From NCBI GenBank assembly GCA_004431415.1, contig QPMI01000058.1, positions 124,001 to 188,000 of the forward strand: a stretch of DNA of 64,000 nt, read 5' to 3'. The translations under genes were made by a program, and so were the position numbers. The notes beneath the pieces are model-generated. The model was not told the origin of the DNA. It did no database searches and saw only the letters and a program-made list of their open reading frames with translations. This document shows, in pieces, positions 1 through 10,449 of this stretch (positions are counted from its first letter, which is position 1; every line of letters starts with the position of its first letter). This stretch comes from Cyanophora paradoxa CCMP329. Its lineage: Eukaryota > Plantae > Glaucophyta.

Positions 1-400
1 ATTACTAATTATAAATATTTTGGGGTCTTAAATATTACCCGAATTACATTAGTGTGAAAGGCACTGATCGCGATTCGCGATTCGCGACCGAAACGATCGC
101 AACCGTTGATGTCGGACTCACTGACTCAATCGGCCTCCTGTGTCACGTGCACAGAACCAATCGCCATCCCGCGAAAGCGATCGCAAGTTGATTCGCAATT
201 CCGAAACTTCGCGAGCTCACGCATTGAGTCACAGTGAGTCAGACGGTCTCAGACCTTCTTAGAAGCTAAAAAACAAAAACCTCAGATCAACCTTGAATGA
301 AGAACTGTCTCACCAAGAGTCAATGCGATATTCGATGAATGCCGATCGCGAGTAGAAATGCCGATGCCGGATCTGTGAATTCGAAATTCGAATCGCATGT

Positions 401-3400
401 TTTTTTCAGGATAGCCCAATTCTTGGGCGATGATGTTATTTTCAGTTAGCTAACTTCATCGTATGCACTACCGGTTCGGACTGGGCCGAACTCTGGGTCA
501 GCTCATAACCTGTGGCCGCTACACAGGGATAGGCGCTTCGACGCTAACTAGAAGCGTTCAGGGTGGGGGAGAGCTTGGGCGGGGTGTCCTACTTGGGCTC
601 GCGTCGGCGGTGCGTGGTCTGTTGGGGGGGGTGGGGGGGTAGGGTGGGGTGGGGGGGTAGTACAGGCCTAGGGCGGTTGCACATCCCCCTATCTTTGGGC
701 GTGAGGGGCGCGGGGCGGGTGTCCCGGGGAGCCGGGATGGGGCTAGGTACGCAGGAGGGAGGTGAGCACGGGCTAAGTGGGGGCCCTGCGGGGCCGGGGC
801 TAAGGTGCGGGGCGAGTGGCGTGGGTGGCTTGAGCAGTGGTCGTGAGCGGGCGCCTGGCTTTGCTTCACAGAGCATACAGGACAGCTGAGTGTCTCACCC
901 TTAAAAGGAGAGCGAGGCCGTAGGGCCGCTCTCCGGGAGCGCCGTTGGCTGGCCGGGTCGCTTTGCTGGTGCCGCCGCGCCCGCCAGCATGCCCTCGGTT
1001 TTGCCCAGGTTGAGCGAGGAGCCGTTGTATTTCCCCGCTTTCTGATGGCATCACTGAATTCGCACACACCGAGACAGTACAGCTAGTGATGTAACTGGGG
1101 TGTCTGACTGTGTCATGTCGAAAGGTAACAATTTAGGCTAAGGCGCAATGCTAGCCATCAGAAACCGGACAGGGTGGAGCTATTGTACTGAGGAAAGCGA
1201 CCTACACACACCTAGCAACGCTACTTACTCCTACCTAGAGAGCCAAATCAGGACAGAGCAACCATAACCCCCCCTCAAGACGTGGGAGCCTACAGGAGAG
1301 AACCCAGGTATAAGCGAGGATATGGGGTTGGAGCCGCGCAGCCTGAACTATAGCCCTCCATCTGATAGGGAAGATGCACACTAAGGGAACAAAGCCAGCT
1401 AACCCCAGGGAGGGCCGGAAACCGGAGCCCGTGAGAGCCCGGGTGAAAACCGGCGGGCGCACAGCGTCGCCAGCCGAGACCAGCAAGCTGTGCTCCTCGG
1501 CCGAGAGATACCTCCTCCAGCTGGCGCGCGTGCGCACGCGGAATCCGCTGCGGCGGGGGTTGGGAGGCCCCGGGCCGCCCGAGTGCTCAGAAGCACATCG
1601 CCTCGCCAGGAATCCAAGCATCTGTGCGGCCGCGACGCCCACGGCCGCGACGCGGGCGTGCACTCACACGACCGACGATCATCTGCGCGGGCGCAGCGCA
1701 GGTCGCCGACCCCATAGCCGCGGGCGGCCGATCGCTACCGCAGAGAAGTGCTTGGGCTGAACGAGAGAGCAGCTGCTAAAGCCGCCGCTGGTGTCCGCTG
1801 GAGTGGCTCGCCGAACCGACCCACGGAGCGGATTCCTAACGGACGCGCGGCTAACCAGCTAAAGGAGGGATGGAGGCGCCGCCGAGGCGATTCGCGGCAG
1901 CCGGAGAGGCGCCCAGCGGGCAGGAGCCCGCCACCTACTTTCTCTCCAGGTCGGGGTACGCGAATCCGCTTTCTGATACTTAGCTATGGTCTTCTTGACC
2001 GGGCGGCCCGGATCGGGGCTGCGGTGATCTATCTTGAGTGAGTGCGCTGCGTCGTCTGCATATTGGACTAGCTTGGATTCGATCCGGGGTTCTCGGGGGG
2101 CGGGTACACCGGTAATTTCCGGGTCGGCGAGGATGTCGCGTGTGGTGGGCTCCTGTTGCGTGTTGAAGAACATACAGGCGAACGGGTCGCCCTGAAGCGC
2201 GCTGCGTGTCACTGGGATAATGATGGGGAAGATGGTCCCGTTGATCATCAGTTTTGATCGCGCGCCTTTAGTGACGGCGCGGACGTCGGCTAGGAACTCC
2301 AGTGGGAATCCCTGCACTGCGAGGACGCGGAGTGCATAGAGGTGCTCCACACGGTCGTACGCTTTTTCGAAGTCGGTGTTCAGAATGACTACGTGCATGC
2401 CCTGCCGGTCCGCATGACGGATAACAGCTTGCATCTGCCAGACATTGTCTGAGCCACAGCGGTCCTGCATAAAGCCCGTCTGCACGCATGCGGGCATAAA
2501 GCTCGAGCTGATCGTGTGCTGGCATGCGGGTGCAATGCGCTTGGCTAGGACCGCCCCGAGTAGGCGGCGGTCTATTTGCAGGAGGGTGATCGGGCGCCAG
2601 TTCTGTATCTTATCGCGGTCGCCCTTCTTATAGAGCAGTTGAATCAGGCCCGTGCGCTGACGCTCGGAAAGGGTGCCCAGGGCCCGTGCGCAGTTATAGC
2701 TCTCCGTGACTATTGGGCCGAGGATGTCCCAGAACGTGAGATAGAATTTAACGGTGAGGCCGTCCTCGCCCGGCGCCGTTGACTTATTCATGTCTTTAAG
2801 GCATGTCTCGACTTCGCCGACCGTATAGGGGGCGCGCATCGGAGGGCACAAGTGCGGGGGCGCTGTGTCAGTGCAGCGGGAGAGGAGCTCCGCCTCCTCG
2901 TGGGAGAGGGGGTCCTCAGGCGTAAGGAGGTAGGCAGCGCGGAGCTTGGCCACCACCGCCGGGAAAGCCTCGGCGGCTTCCGGGGTCACGTCCACCGGGC
3001 CCGAGGGCCCTGTGGTCGTCCTCGGGCGAGCGTCGTCCGGCTCAGACCCCGATGCATGCGAGCGAGCGCCGTCTGGCTCAGACCCCGCGGGTGTAGCTGG
3101 GCGAGCATGGGAATGCTCTTGCGCCCGTGGAACTGGCGGAGCCGGCGGGTCCGACCGCAGCGGCTGGGGCTGCGGCGGGGTCGCCGGGAGGTCGGGGGGG
3201 AGCGGGTGCTGGGCCGCGAGGAGCTCGGTGTAGTATGCGCAGGCGTAGGCCGCCATGTCCTCCTCCGTCGTCGCCGCGGGGGTACCCTCGCTAGGGGGGT
3301 ACGGCTGTAGGGAGCGCATGCGGTTGTTAGCCGAGGAGTACTTGATGTGGCGGGCTAGGTCCGGGGGGACGGTGTGCGCGTGCGCTAGGGAGCGCTCTAG

Positions 3401-4836
3401 GTGCTTGCGGGAGCTAAGAGCGGCGTCGGCGGCGTCAAGCGCGGCTTCCTGAACGGCGAGGTAGCCCATGTCGGCGATGACGTAGTCTTCTTCGGTAGTG
3501 TTGAGCTCGGCGTCTTGGAGCGCCTGTTCCGCGTCGCGCCAGAGGCCTGCAATCGTATCGCGCGCTTCGCGGCGGGCCGAGTCAGCGTGCGGGCGGGAGT
3601 GGCGGGCGATCTCTCTGTATTCGGCGAAGAGGTCATCGAGCCAGCGTTGCCAGTCTGCGGTGTTACGGGCCGGCTGGCGCGGGAGCGCGGCTGCCGTGAT
3701 CTTCCGGACTTCCCTCTGGAAGTCGGGCAGGCGAAGGACGCTATCGAGGAGCCGGAAGCGGGACTTGCGGGGCTCCAGCACGGCGTCGGTGTGCAGGCGC
3801 GCGTAGACGGCGTCGTGGTCGGGGCGTGGGGCCGCTCCCGCCGTGCGCAGGATGCCGACGCGTTCTGCGGCTACGCACAGATCAGCTGAGAGGAAGACGT
3901 GGTCGAGGCGCGCCGCGTTCTGGTCGAAGCGGTTCGTCTTGCGGTGCCATCGCGTGTAGATGCGGTCACGGGGGCGCCGGCGCCGGTGCTCATCGAACAG
4001 GTTCAGGTCTGCGAGGAGAGTTTTCCAGTGCCCGAACGGGGGCGGGGCACCGGCGCGGCGCCGGCTTTCTAGGTGCGGGAGTGCGTAGGCGTTGAGATCG
4101 CCTCCGAGGATGAGGGCGTCATCCGGGGGGATCGCCAGGGAGTCGATCGCTAGTGCTGCGCCCTCCGTGAGGCGCTTCTGCGAGGCAACGTCGTTAGGCG
4201 CGTATATACAGATGATATGGTACGCGTTCGTATCGCTCTCTAGGCGCAGGACTGTGAGGTCGTGCGGCGCGACGCCGGGCGTGGGGGGGAGGGGGACGAG
4301 CGTCGCTGTCGTTCCCGGGAGAGCCGGGATGTTCTTGCGGACGAGGAAGCCCGTTCCTCTGCTCCAGATGTTGGGTTTGAGCTCTGCGGCCGGTGGAATG
4401 AACACTCGCCAGGCGGAGTCGATGCGCTGGGCGAAGTGCGCGATCTGGCGCGGGCGGAGTCGGTGGTCTATGATGCCGAGGACGTCGACTTTGGTGCGTT
4501 TGAGCCAGCCTGCGAGCCAGATGCGGCGAGAGATGCCTGCGAGGCTTTCGACATTCAAAAAGGCGACCGTGAGGAGAGGACGGGACGTCGGGGCGTCCTG
4601 GGGCGCTTCCGACGTGGTCGCCGCCTCTTTGGCGGGACTTGCCGCCATGGGAAGGCGGCTGGGCGGCTGGGGGAGGCTGCAGCTCGCGTTCGGTTGAACT
4701 AAGCTACAGAGCGTCGGCCGCGCGAGTTTTGGGACCAGCCACGTGCAGTGCTAGCAGGCACCCGCGTTTGGGAAGCCCCACTGCGCCGGCTTACTCGCTC
4801 GCGGGCCTTCGCTCAATTTTCCGGGGTACCGGAATC
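401..4836 (-). mobile_element. Non-LTR retrotransposon (L1/Tx1-like), single APE-endonuclease/RT ORF, internally deleted 3' of the YADD motif
   Basis: Perfect 15-bp direct repeat attcgaatcgcatgt at 386-400 and 4837-4851 (TSD). T-run at 401-406 is the short poly(A) tail on the minus strand. Encloses the EN-RT ORF. Confidence 0.92.
1859..4648 (-). CDS. LINE ORF2-like protein: APE endonuclease plus reverse transcriptase, C-terminally disrupted
   Basis: EN motifs LNVESL, IYAPN, GGDLN, YT, RLDHVF, PDHDAV. RT motifs APGEDG, NWRPITLL, DFEKAYDRV, QGDP, YADD. Homology breaks after KYQKA; a GFAYPDL motif (GGLGxPDL-like) follows in another frame. Confidence 0.9.
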   Translation of the reverse strand: MAASPAKEAATTSEAPQDAPTSRPLLTVAFLNVESLAGISRRIWLAGWLKRTKVDVLGIIDHRLRPRQIAHFAQRIDSAWRVFIPPAAELKPNIWSRGTGFLVRKNIPALPGTTATLVPLPPTPGVAPHDLTVLRLESDTNAYHIICIYAPNDVASQKRLTEGAALAIDSLAIPPDDALILGGDLNAYALPHLESRRRAGAPPPFGHWKTLLADLNLFDEHRRRRPRDRIYTRWHRKTNRFDQNAARLDHVFLSADLCVAAERVGILRTAGAAPRPDHDAVYARLHTDAVLEPRKSRFRLLDSVLRLPDFQREVRKITAAALPRQPARNTADWQRWLDDLFAEYREIARHSRPHADSARREARDTIAGLWRDAEQALQDAELNTTEEDYVIADMGYLAVQEAALDAADAALSSRKHLERSLAHAHTVPPDLARHIKYSSANNRMRSLQPYPPSEGTPAATTEEDMAAYACAYYTELLAAQHPLPPDLPATPPQPQPLRSDPPAPPVPRAQEHSHARPATPAGSEPDGARSHASGSEPDDARPRTTTGPSGPVDVTPEAAEAFPAVVAKLRAAYLLTPEDPLSHEEAELLSRCTDTAPPHLCPPMRAPYTVGEVETCLKDMNKSTAPGEDGLTVKFYLTFWDILGPIVTESYNCARALGTLSERQRTGLIQLLYKKGDRDKIQNWRPITLLQIDRRLLGAVLAKRIAPACQHTISSSFMPACVQTGFMQDRCGSDNVWQMQAVIRHADRQGMHVVILNTDFEKAYDRVEHLYALRVLAVQGFPLEFLADVRAVTKGARSKLMINGTIFPIIIPVTRSALQGDPFACMFFNTQQEPTTRDILADPEITGVPAPREPRIESKLVQYADDAAHSLKIDHRSPDPGRPVKKTIAKYQKADSRTPTWRESRWRAPARWAPLRLPRIASAAPPSLL

Positions 4837-4869
4837 ATTCGAATCGCATGTATATATAGATATTTGATT

Positions 4870-5582
4870 TATTTTTTTTGAGAGACTACGGTGGGGCGAA
4901 CCCCCCGTAGGTAGTGATATTAAAGACAACAAAGCAATCACAAATCAAAGATACAGTAAACTAGCACAAAATATATACAGAATCAAGAGGGATCACGAGA
5001 AGGGACACGATCAGAAGAACGCAAAAGATAAGGAGAACGAGCACGAGGAGAAGGAGTAGAAGAGCTCAAGGGCGTCGATGCAGAAGTACTAGTCACACTA
5101 GAACGACGAGGAGCACGGGACGCAGCAAATAAGGAGAACGAGCACGAGGAACTACAGTCGAAGACGAAGATCTAGACGAAGACGACAAGACAGAGCTAAC
5201 AGCAGAACTAGAAGACGTAGTCGCAGGAGGCAAAGGCGGTAGAACAGTAGGAGAGGCGAAACGTAGGACACCACTAGAGGGGAAAGTCGAAGCTGGCGGA
5301 GTGTCTAAACGGAATCGAGATTGTAGAGTTGGTAAAACAATGGACGGCTGAAGACTAATCTGAGGAACTGGGGACGACACGAGGAAAGGGGCAGAGCTCG
5401 GGTGCAGACTCGGAATCGGCAGTATAAGAGGAGGGGCGAAACGCAAGCCAGTAGTGACAGGGAAGGCAGACGATGGGGCTGAACCAGGCGGGAGAGGCAA
5501 ATATAGCGAAGTAGAAGAGAGAGAAGGGTACACACGAGGAACGTCACCATACACAAAATACTCGCTGCCAAAAACTATACGG
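4870..5582 (-). mobile_element. SINE-like or 5'-truncated non-LTR retroelement (~0.71 kb)
   Basis: 13-bp TSD tagatatttgatt at 4857-4869 and 5583-5595. T-run at 4872-4879 is the poly(A). 3' stem-loop CUACGG-GGGG-UUCG-CCCC-A-CCGUAG on the minus strand at 4886-4910. Confidence 0.8.
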
Positions 5583-5781
5583 TAGATATTTGATTACGTG
5601 TATATAAAATTTACAATTGCGAATATATAGATATACCGGACAAAACTTCAATTTTAATTTGGTACGTTTACGTACGTATAAGTATGTAAAATATATATAA
5701 AAGCCTATTAATGTGTGCATTAATAATAGCTATAATAGCTGGCGCGCATTGATTATGTGTTTAACGGACCAATAATAACGG

Positions 5782-5968
5782 CAGCCCCCGCAGTGCTGGT
5801 GTCTAGAGACTGTGGCCGGTAATTCACCAAAAACATAAAATAATAGCGGTACTGGTATCCGGCCGGATTCTTTGATTTACTCCGCGCTAGACTGTGGCCG
5901 GTAATTCACCAAAAACATAAAATAATAGCGGTACTGGTATCCGGAATCCGGATTCTTTGATTTACTCC
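5782..5968 (+). mobile_element. Short retroposed 3' tail (...ctgtggccggtaattcacc-An), followed by a local ~85-bp tandem duplication giving a second copy
   Basis: Same tail as 18758 and 19459. Imperfect TSD aataata(a/g)cgg at 5771-5781 and 5839-5849. The second copy includes the 3' flank of the first. Confidence 0.65.
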
Positions 5969-6936
5969 GATCCGAGGCTCGTTGCCGCATGATGTTAGTC
6001 CGCAGTGACTCCGCACTGACTCCGGTCCGCAGCCTGGCCGCAGTGGCAGCCACCGGCACTGCGGCGCCGGCAGGCCGGCCCGGCCGCCGGCCCGCGGCCC
6101 GCGCCGCCCGGGCGGCCGCGCGCGGCCCGGCGGATCCCGCAGCCGCTGCCAGTGAGCATCCGATCATCATGGCATCCCGGGCCCCGGGAGTCCCGGAGTC
6201 CCGGGCCTCCGAGGCTCCCGGCCCCCGCGGCCGGGCGCCCCGGCCTCCCGGCATTCCGCGGGGGAATCCCGGCCCGGATCGGCCCGGCGACGGGGATCCG
6301 GACTCTGGGAGTCCGGACTCGGACTCGGGATCGCCGGCGGGCGCGCGCGCGCGCGGCATGCGTACGCGTGCGCGGCGCCGGGCGGTGCGCCGTACGCGTA
6401 CGTGCGGCGCCGGCGCGCGCGCGCGCGCGCGGCCCGGCGGGCCCGTGCCGCCGTGCGCCGCAGACTGCCCGCAGTGCCCGGTCCGCGCCGGCGACGGGCC
6501 ATGACTCATGACAAATGACTCATGATCGATTTCTTACTCGAGCTCAGTGAGTAAAACCTTCATAACAGACGTCGACGTCATATGCATGAACCTAACTAAA
6601 CTAAGCCTAAACCAGAGTGCCACGCGTACGGTGGGGCTTCACGCCAGGCGCCGGCCTAGGCCATGCATGGTCAGCTGCAGCCTGGCAGCGCTAGCGACGC
6701 CCCCACCGCGGCGGCGCGCGCGGCCTGCTATAGCTAGTAGGCTGCAGGCTACTCGAGCTCATACATAGGGTCGAACCAGCTGCGCCCCCCCCCCCCCCCC
6801 CCCACCCCCCCACCCCTCCCCTCCCCCCCCCGCCCCCCCTCCCCTCCTCCTCTTCTCCCCCCCCCCTCGCCCCCCCCAAAGGGGGCCACTAGTATTCGAT
6901 TCATTATTCGATTCAGCTGTCGAATTAGAAGATCAA

Positions 6937-9900
6937 TTAGATGTCGAACTTGCCGTTCTGCACCTCAATAAGCTCAACCTTGTAGCCTGCGCGGCGCGGG
7001 GCGCGGTCAGGGTACCGGTACAGGGCGGAGCAGGGTCGGCCGGGGTACGGGCGGCCACCGTCGGGGTCCTCGACGAAGGCGATGACGGTCGTGCCGTGCT
7101 TCATCGGGCCTGTACCCCGTCCGTTTTTTTGAGAGGGGGAGGGGGACCGGGGCCAGCAGCAGGGGAAGCGTAGTATATATACATATAGCGTACCCGGCTC
7201 GCGGATGACCTTGCCACCGGCAGCACGAATCGCGTCGCAGCTGCGGGCCGGGGGCGGGGGGAGGGGGGGCGGCCACGGGTTACTCGCGATGCAATCGGGC
7301 GCGGAAAGAGGGGGAGCCCTCCAGGGCCGGGCCGTGTGCGCAGTCTAGCCGCCCGGGACGGGCTACAGTGCAAGCCGGCTTGCCCTTTCTTCAGAGCTAA
7401 GAGAAAAGCTTCTTTAGGTGGCTTAGGTGTGACGGTCTAGAGTTGATAAGAACACCGAGTGCCGGGAAGAGCCTATAGCTAGGCACGCGTGCCGGGCACG
7501 GCCTAGCTATAGCCTCGACTCTACCGCCGCACCCAAGCCGGCTTAGGCTATCCCTGTGCGCGTTATCTTAGGTTATCCCCTTACGCGCGGCCACCTTACT
7601 AAAGTTAGGCTATCCCCTTGGGCTATCTATCCTTCCGGGACCAGAATCATGAATCGCGCACGCGGCACGGATGTCGGATGTCGCAAGGGCGACGTGCCCG
7701 AACCTGGGGGGGGGGGGGGGGGGGGGGGGGAAGAGCCCGTAAGCTAGGGGGGGGGGGGGCGAGGCGGGGGTTCGGACCCCGTGCCCAGGTCGTAGCTCGA
7801 CGTGTCCCAGTTGTGCGTCAGCTCCAGCGCGCTATGCGTCTCCTGCAGGGGGAAAACTCAAAAAAGAGTCAGCCGGGGGGGGGGGGGGGGGAACGGGGTA
7901 CGACGCGCCTCGGGGCCGTAGCCGACGAAAGTGAGGGTGAACTTGCCGGAGGGGTAGTCCTACGAAAAAAGTTGGCGCCGGGGCGCGCAGAGTGCCGGCA
8001 GAGGAGACGCCGCGGCGGGGCGGGGCGGGGCGGGGCGGGGCGGACTAGCCGTCTGGCTAGCCGCCTGGCTAGACTCCGGGGCGCGGAACTAGCCGCCTGG
8101 CTAGCCTCCGGGGCGCGGAACTAGCCGCTGATCAACCCCAGGGCGGGGCGGGGCGGGGTGGTGCGGGGCAGGGCGGGGCGGGGCGAGGCGGGGCGGGGCG
8201 GAGGCGGGGGCGAGGCGGGGCGGGGGGAAAGGCGGTCCTTGCTGCTGAACGGGGGGGGGGGGGGGGGGGCTGAGGGTGGAGGGGGGGGGAAGGGGGTAAG
8301 GCGGGCCTTGCTGCTGAACGGGGGGGGGGGGGGGGGCTGGGGGTGGAGGGGGGGGGGAAGGGGGGGGAAGGGGGTAAGGGTGGGGGGGGGGGGGGGAGTG
8401 GGGGAGGGGGACGCGCCTTGCTGCGCAGCAGCTTCATCCCGAGGATATCGGTGTAGAACTTGACCGAACGTTCCAAGTCCCCGACCTGGGTACGAAGTAT
8501 TTGAAGGGGGGGGGGGGCACGGGGGGGTAGATGGGCGAACCCGGAGCATGGTGTGGAGGAAGGGCTGCGGGTCTGAGCAGAGGGGAAAACCCGGTCGGGC
8601 ATGGGTACAAAGGAAAGCAGGGGTACACGGGCGCGGGGAAGACGGGTCGGGGTACCCCCACTCACTCTTCTTCTCGATGAGCTCAATCTTGTAGCCTGCG
8701 CAGCGCGGCGCGGGGCGCGGTCAGGGTACAGGGCGGAGCAGGGTCGGCCGGGGTACGGGCGGCCACCGTCGGGGTCCTCGACGAAGGCGATGACGGTCGT
8801 GCCGTGCTTCATCGGGCCTGCACCCCCCCCCCCCCCCCGGTCGGGGGAGGGTAGAGGGTAGAGGGGTCGGGGGGGGGGGTAGGGCGAGAGCAGGGAAGAA
8901 AGAGGGGCGGGAAGCCAAGCGGCCAAGGGGGGAGGGGGGGGAGGGGGAGCTTCCAGAAGAAGGGAAGCGGGAAGGAGGGACGGGAAGGGGGGGTACGGGC
9001 AAACCCGGCTCGCGGGTGACTTTGCCTCCGGCGGCGCGGATCGCGTCGCAGCTGCGGGGACTCGTTCAGCCGGCGGCAGCGTACCCCCCCCCCCCGACGC
9101 CACCAGGGGAGCGAGGGGGTACGCACGTCTTGTAGATGTTCTCGGTAGAGAGGGCAATGTGTCCGTAGCTGCGGAGCCGGCGCGGCGCGGCGCGGCGCGG
9201 CGGGCGTGGGCGGGGGCGGGGCGGCCGGGCCGGCGGGCGGAGTCGAGCGCAAAGTAGCTTAGTAGTGCAAGGCGCACGCACCCGGCGCCGATGTCGTACT
9301 TGTTGACTCCGTAGTTGTATGTGAGCTCCAGCGCCGTGTTGCCCTCCTCTTCCGGCCCGAAGCCCAGGAACTGCGGTCCGGCGTTTGCGCGGCGGCGCGG
9401 CGCGGGCGGCACCGCGAGCGCGGCGGCCGGGAGCGGGAGCGGGAGCGGCGGGCGGCGGCGCACCGCGAGAGTGAACTGGCCGTCCGGATAGTCCTGCGAG
9501 GCAGGGCCCGTAAGCTAGACAGAGGCGGCGCGGCGCGGCGCGGCGGGCGCGGCAAGGGCGGGCTCGCCTTCTGGCGGAGGAGCTTCATGCCGATGATCTC
9601 CGTGTAGAACTGGATGGATCGCTCGAGGTTTCCGACCCGCAGCATCGTGTGCAGCACGCGCCTCGACGAGTCCGCTGGTTCCGGTAGTCAGCCCGGGCGC
9701 GCGCGCGTGCCGCTGTCGAGTGGCTCGGCGCGCACCGGCCGGCTGCTGCTTCTCCTGGACGGCGGAGGCGACGGCGTCGAAGCGCGGCGGCGCCTGGGCG
9801 ACGAAGCGCGCCGGCCGCGACGGCGCCGCGGCGAAGGCGGCGCGGCTCCCGAGGAAGGCCGACTCCGCGGCCGAGCGGCGGCAGCCGGTTCCGGCGCGGG

Positions 9901-10051
9901 TAGAGGCATGAACGAGGCCGCGAGCCGCGAGGCGGACCGGGGCCTGAGCGCCGCTCGGGCCGTCAGCCGCTGCGGCACCGAGCGACGAGCATCGACACAC
10001 CCGAACATCGGAAGCCCACGCCACGGGGCACACTGCGAACGCAGCCGACAT
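6937..10051 (-). CDS. GLX1: Plastid-targeted two-domain lactoylglutathione lyase (glyoxalase I), ~17 exons
   Basis: Spliced peptides [75 protein letters not shown] second domain starts [14 protein letters not shown] and ends [16 protein letters not shown]-terminal leader MSAAFAV is Ala/Ser/Arg-rich. Confidence 0.95.
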
Positions 10052-10449
10052 CTCCAGCCGGTGGCAGCAGCTGATCGGTATCAGTGCAAATTCCAGCGAA
10101 CGTAACGGTATACCCCTGCAACTTTTTGCAAGCTTTCAAGGTCGATCTATTGCATCCGACCAACCTCACGATCGCGATATCGATCAGCTTGCAAGTTGCA
10201 ATTGGCAACAACGGCAAGCTGAAGCCTCTGTACATGTCTTAGCCGCTGAGCCTGCAGCGCTAGCTGATTTCCTGTCTTCCGCTCATGATCAGCGGCTGCG
10301 CATGCATGGCCATGGGAAGTTTAAGCTGCTTAAAGCTTCATGATCACAGCTGCAGCTGATCATGATCATGATCTACAGCACTGCGGCAACGGACTCGTGC
10401 ACGTGTGCGCAGCGACTGGAACGTATACGTATATATGCTTCTCCAAGTC

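Noticed and set aside
115-240. Inverted repeat gactcactgactcaat / attgagtcacagtgagtc as a MITE
   Set aside because: It is short and imperfect with no clear TSD, and may belong to an element extending outside the window.
5093-5554. 153-aa Ser/Pro-rich ORF
   Set aside because: It is a low-complexity by-product of strand asymmetry inside a TSD-bounded retroelement, with no recognisable motif.
5804-5833. tagagactgtggcc... as a hAT transposon TIR
   Set aside because: I found no inverted partner. The copies end in A-runs with variable-length TSDs, which fits retroposition.
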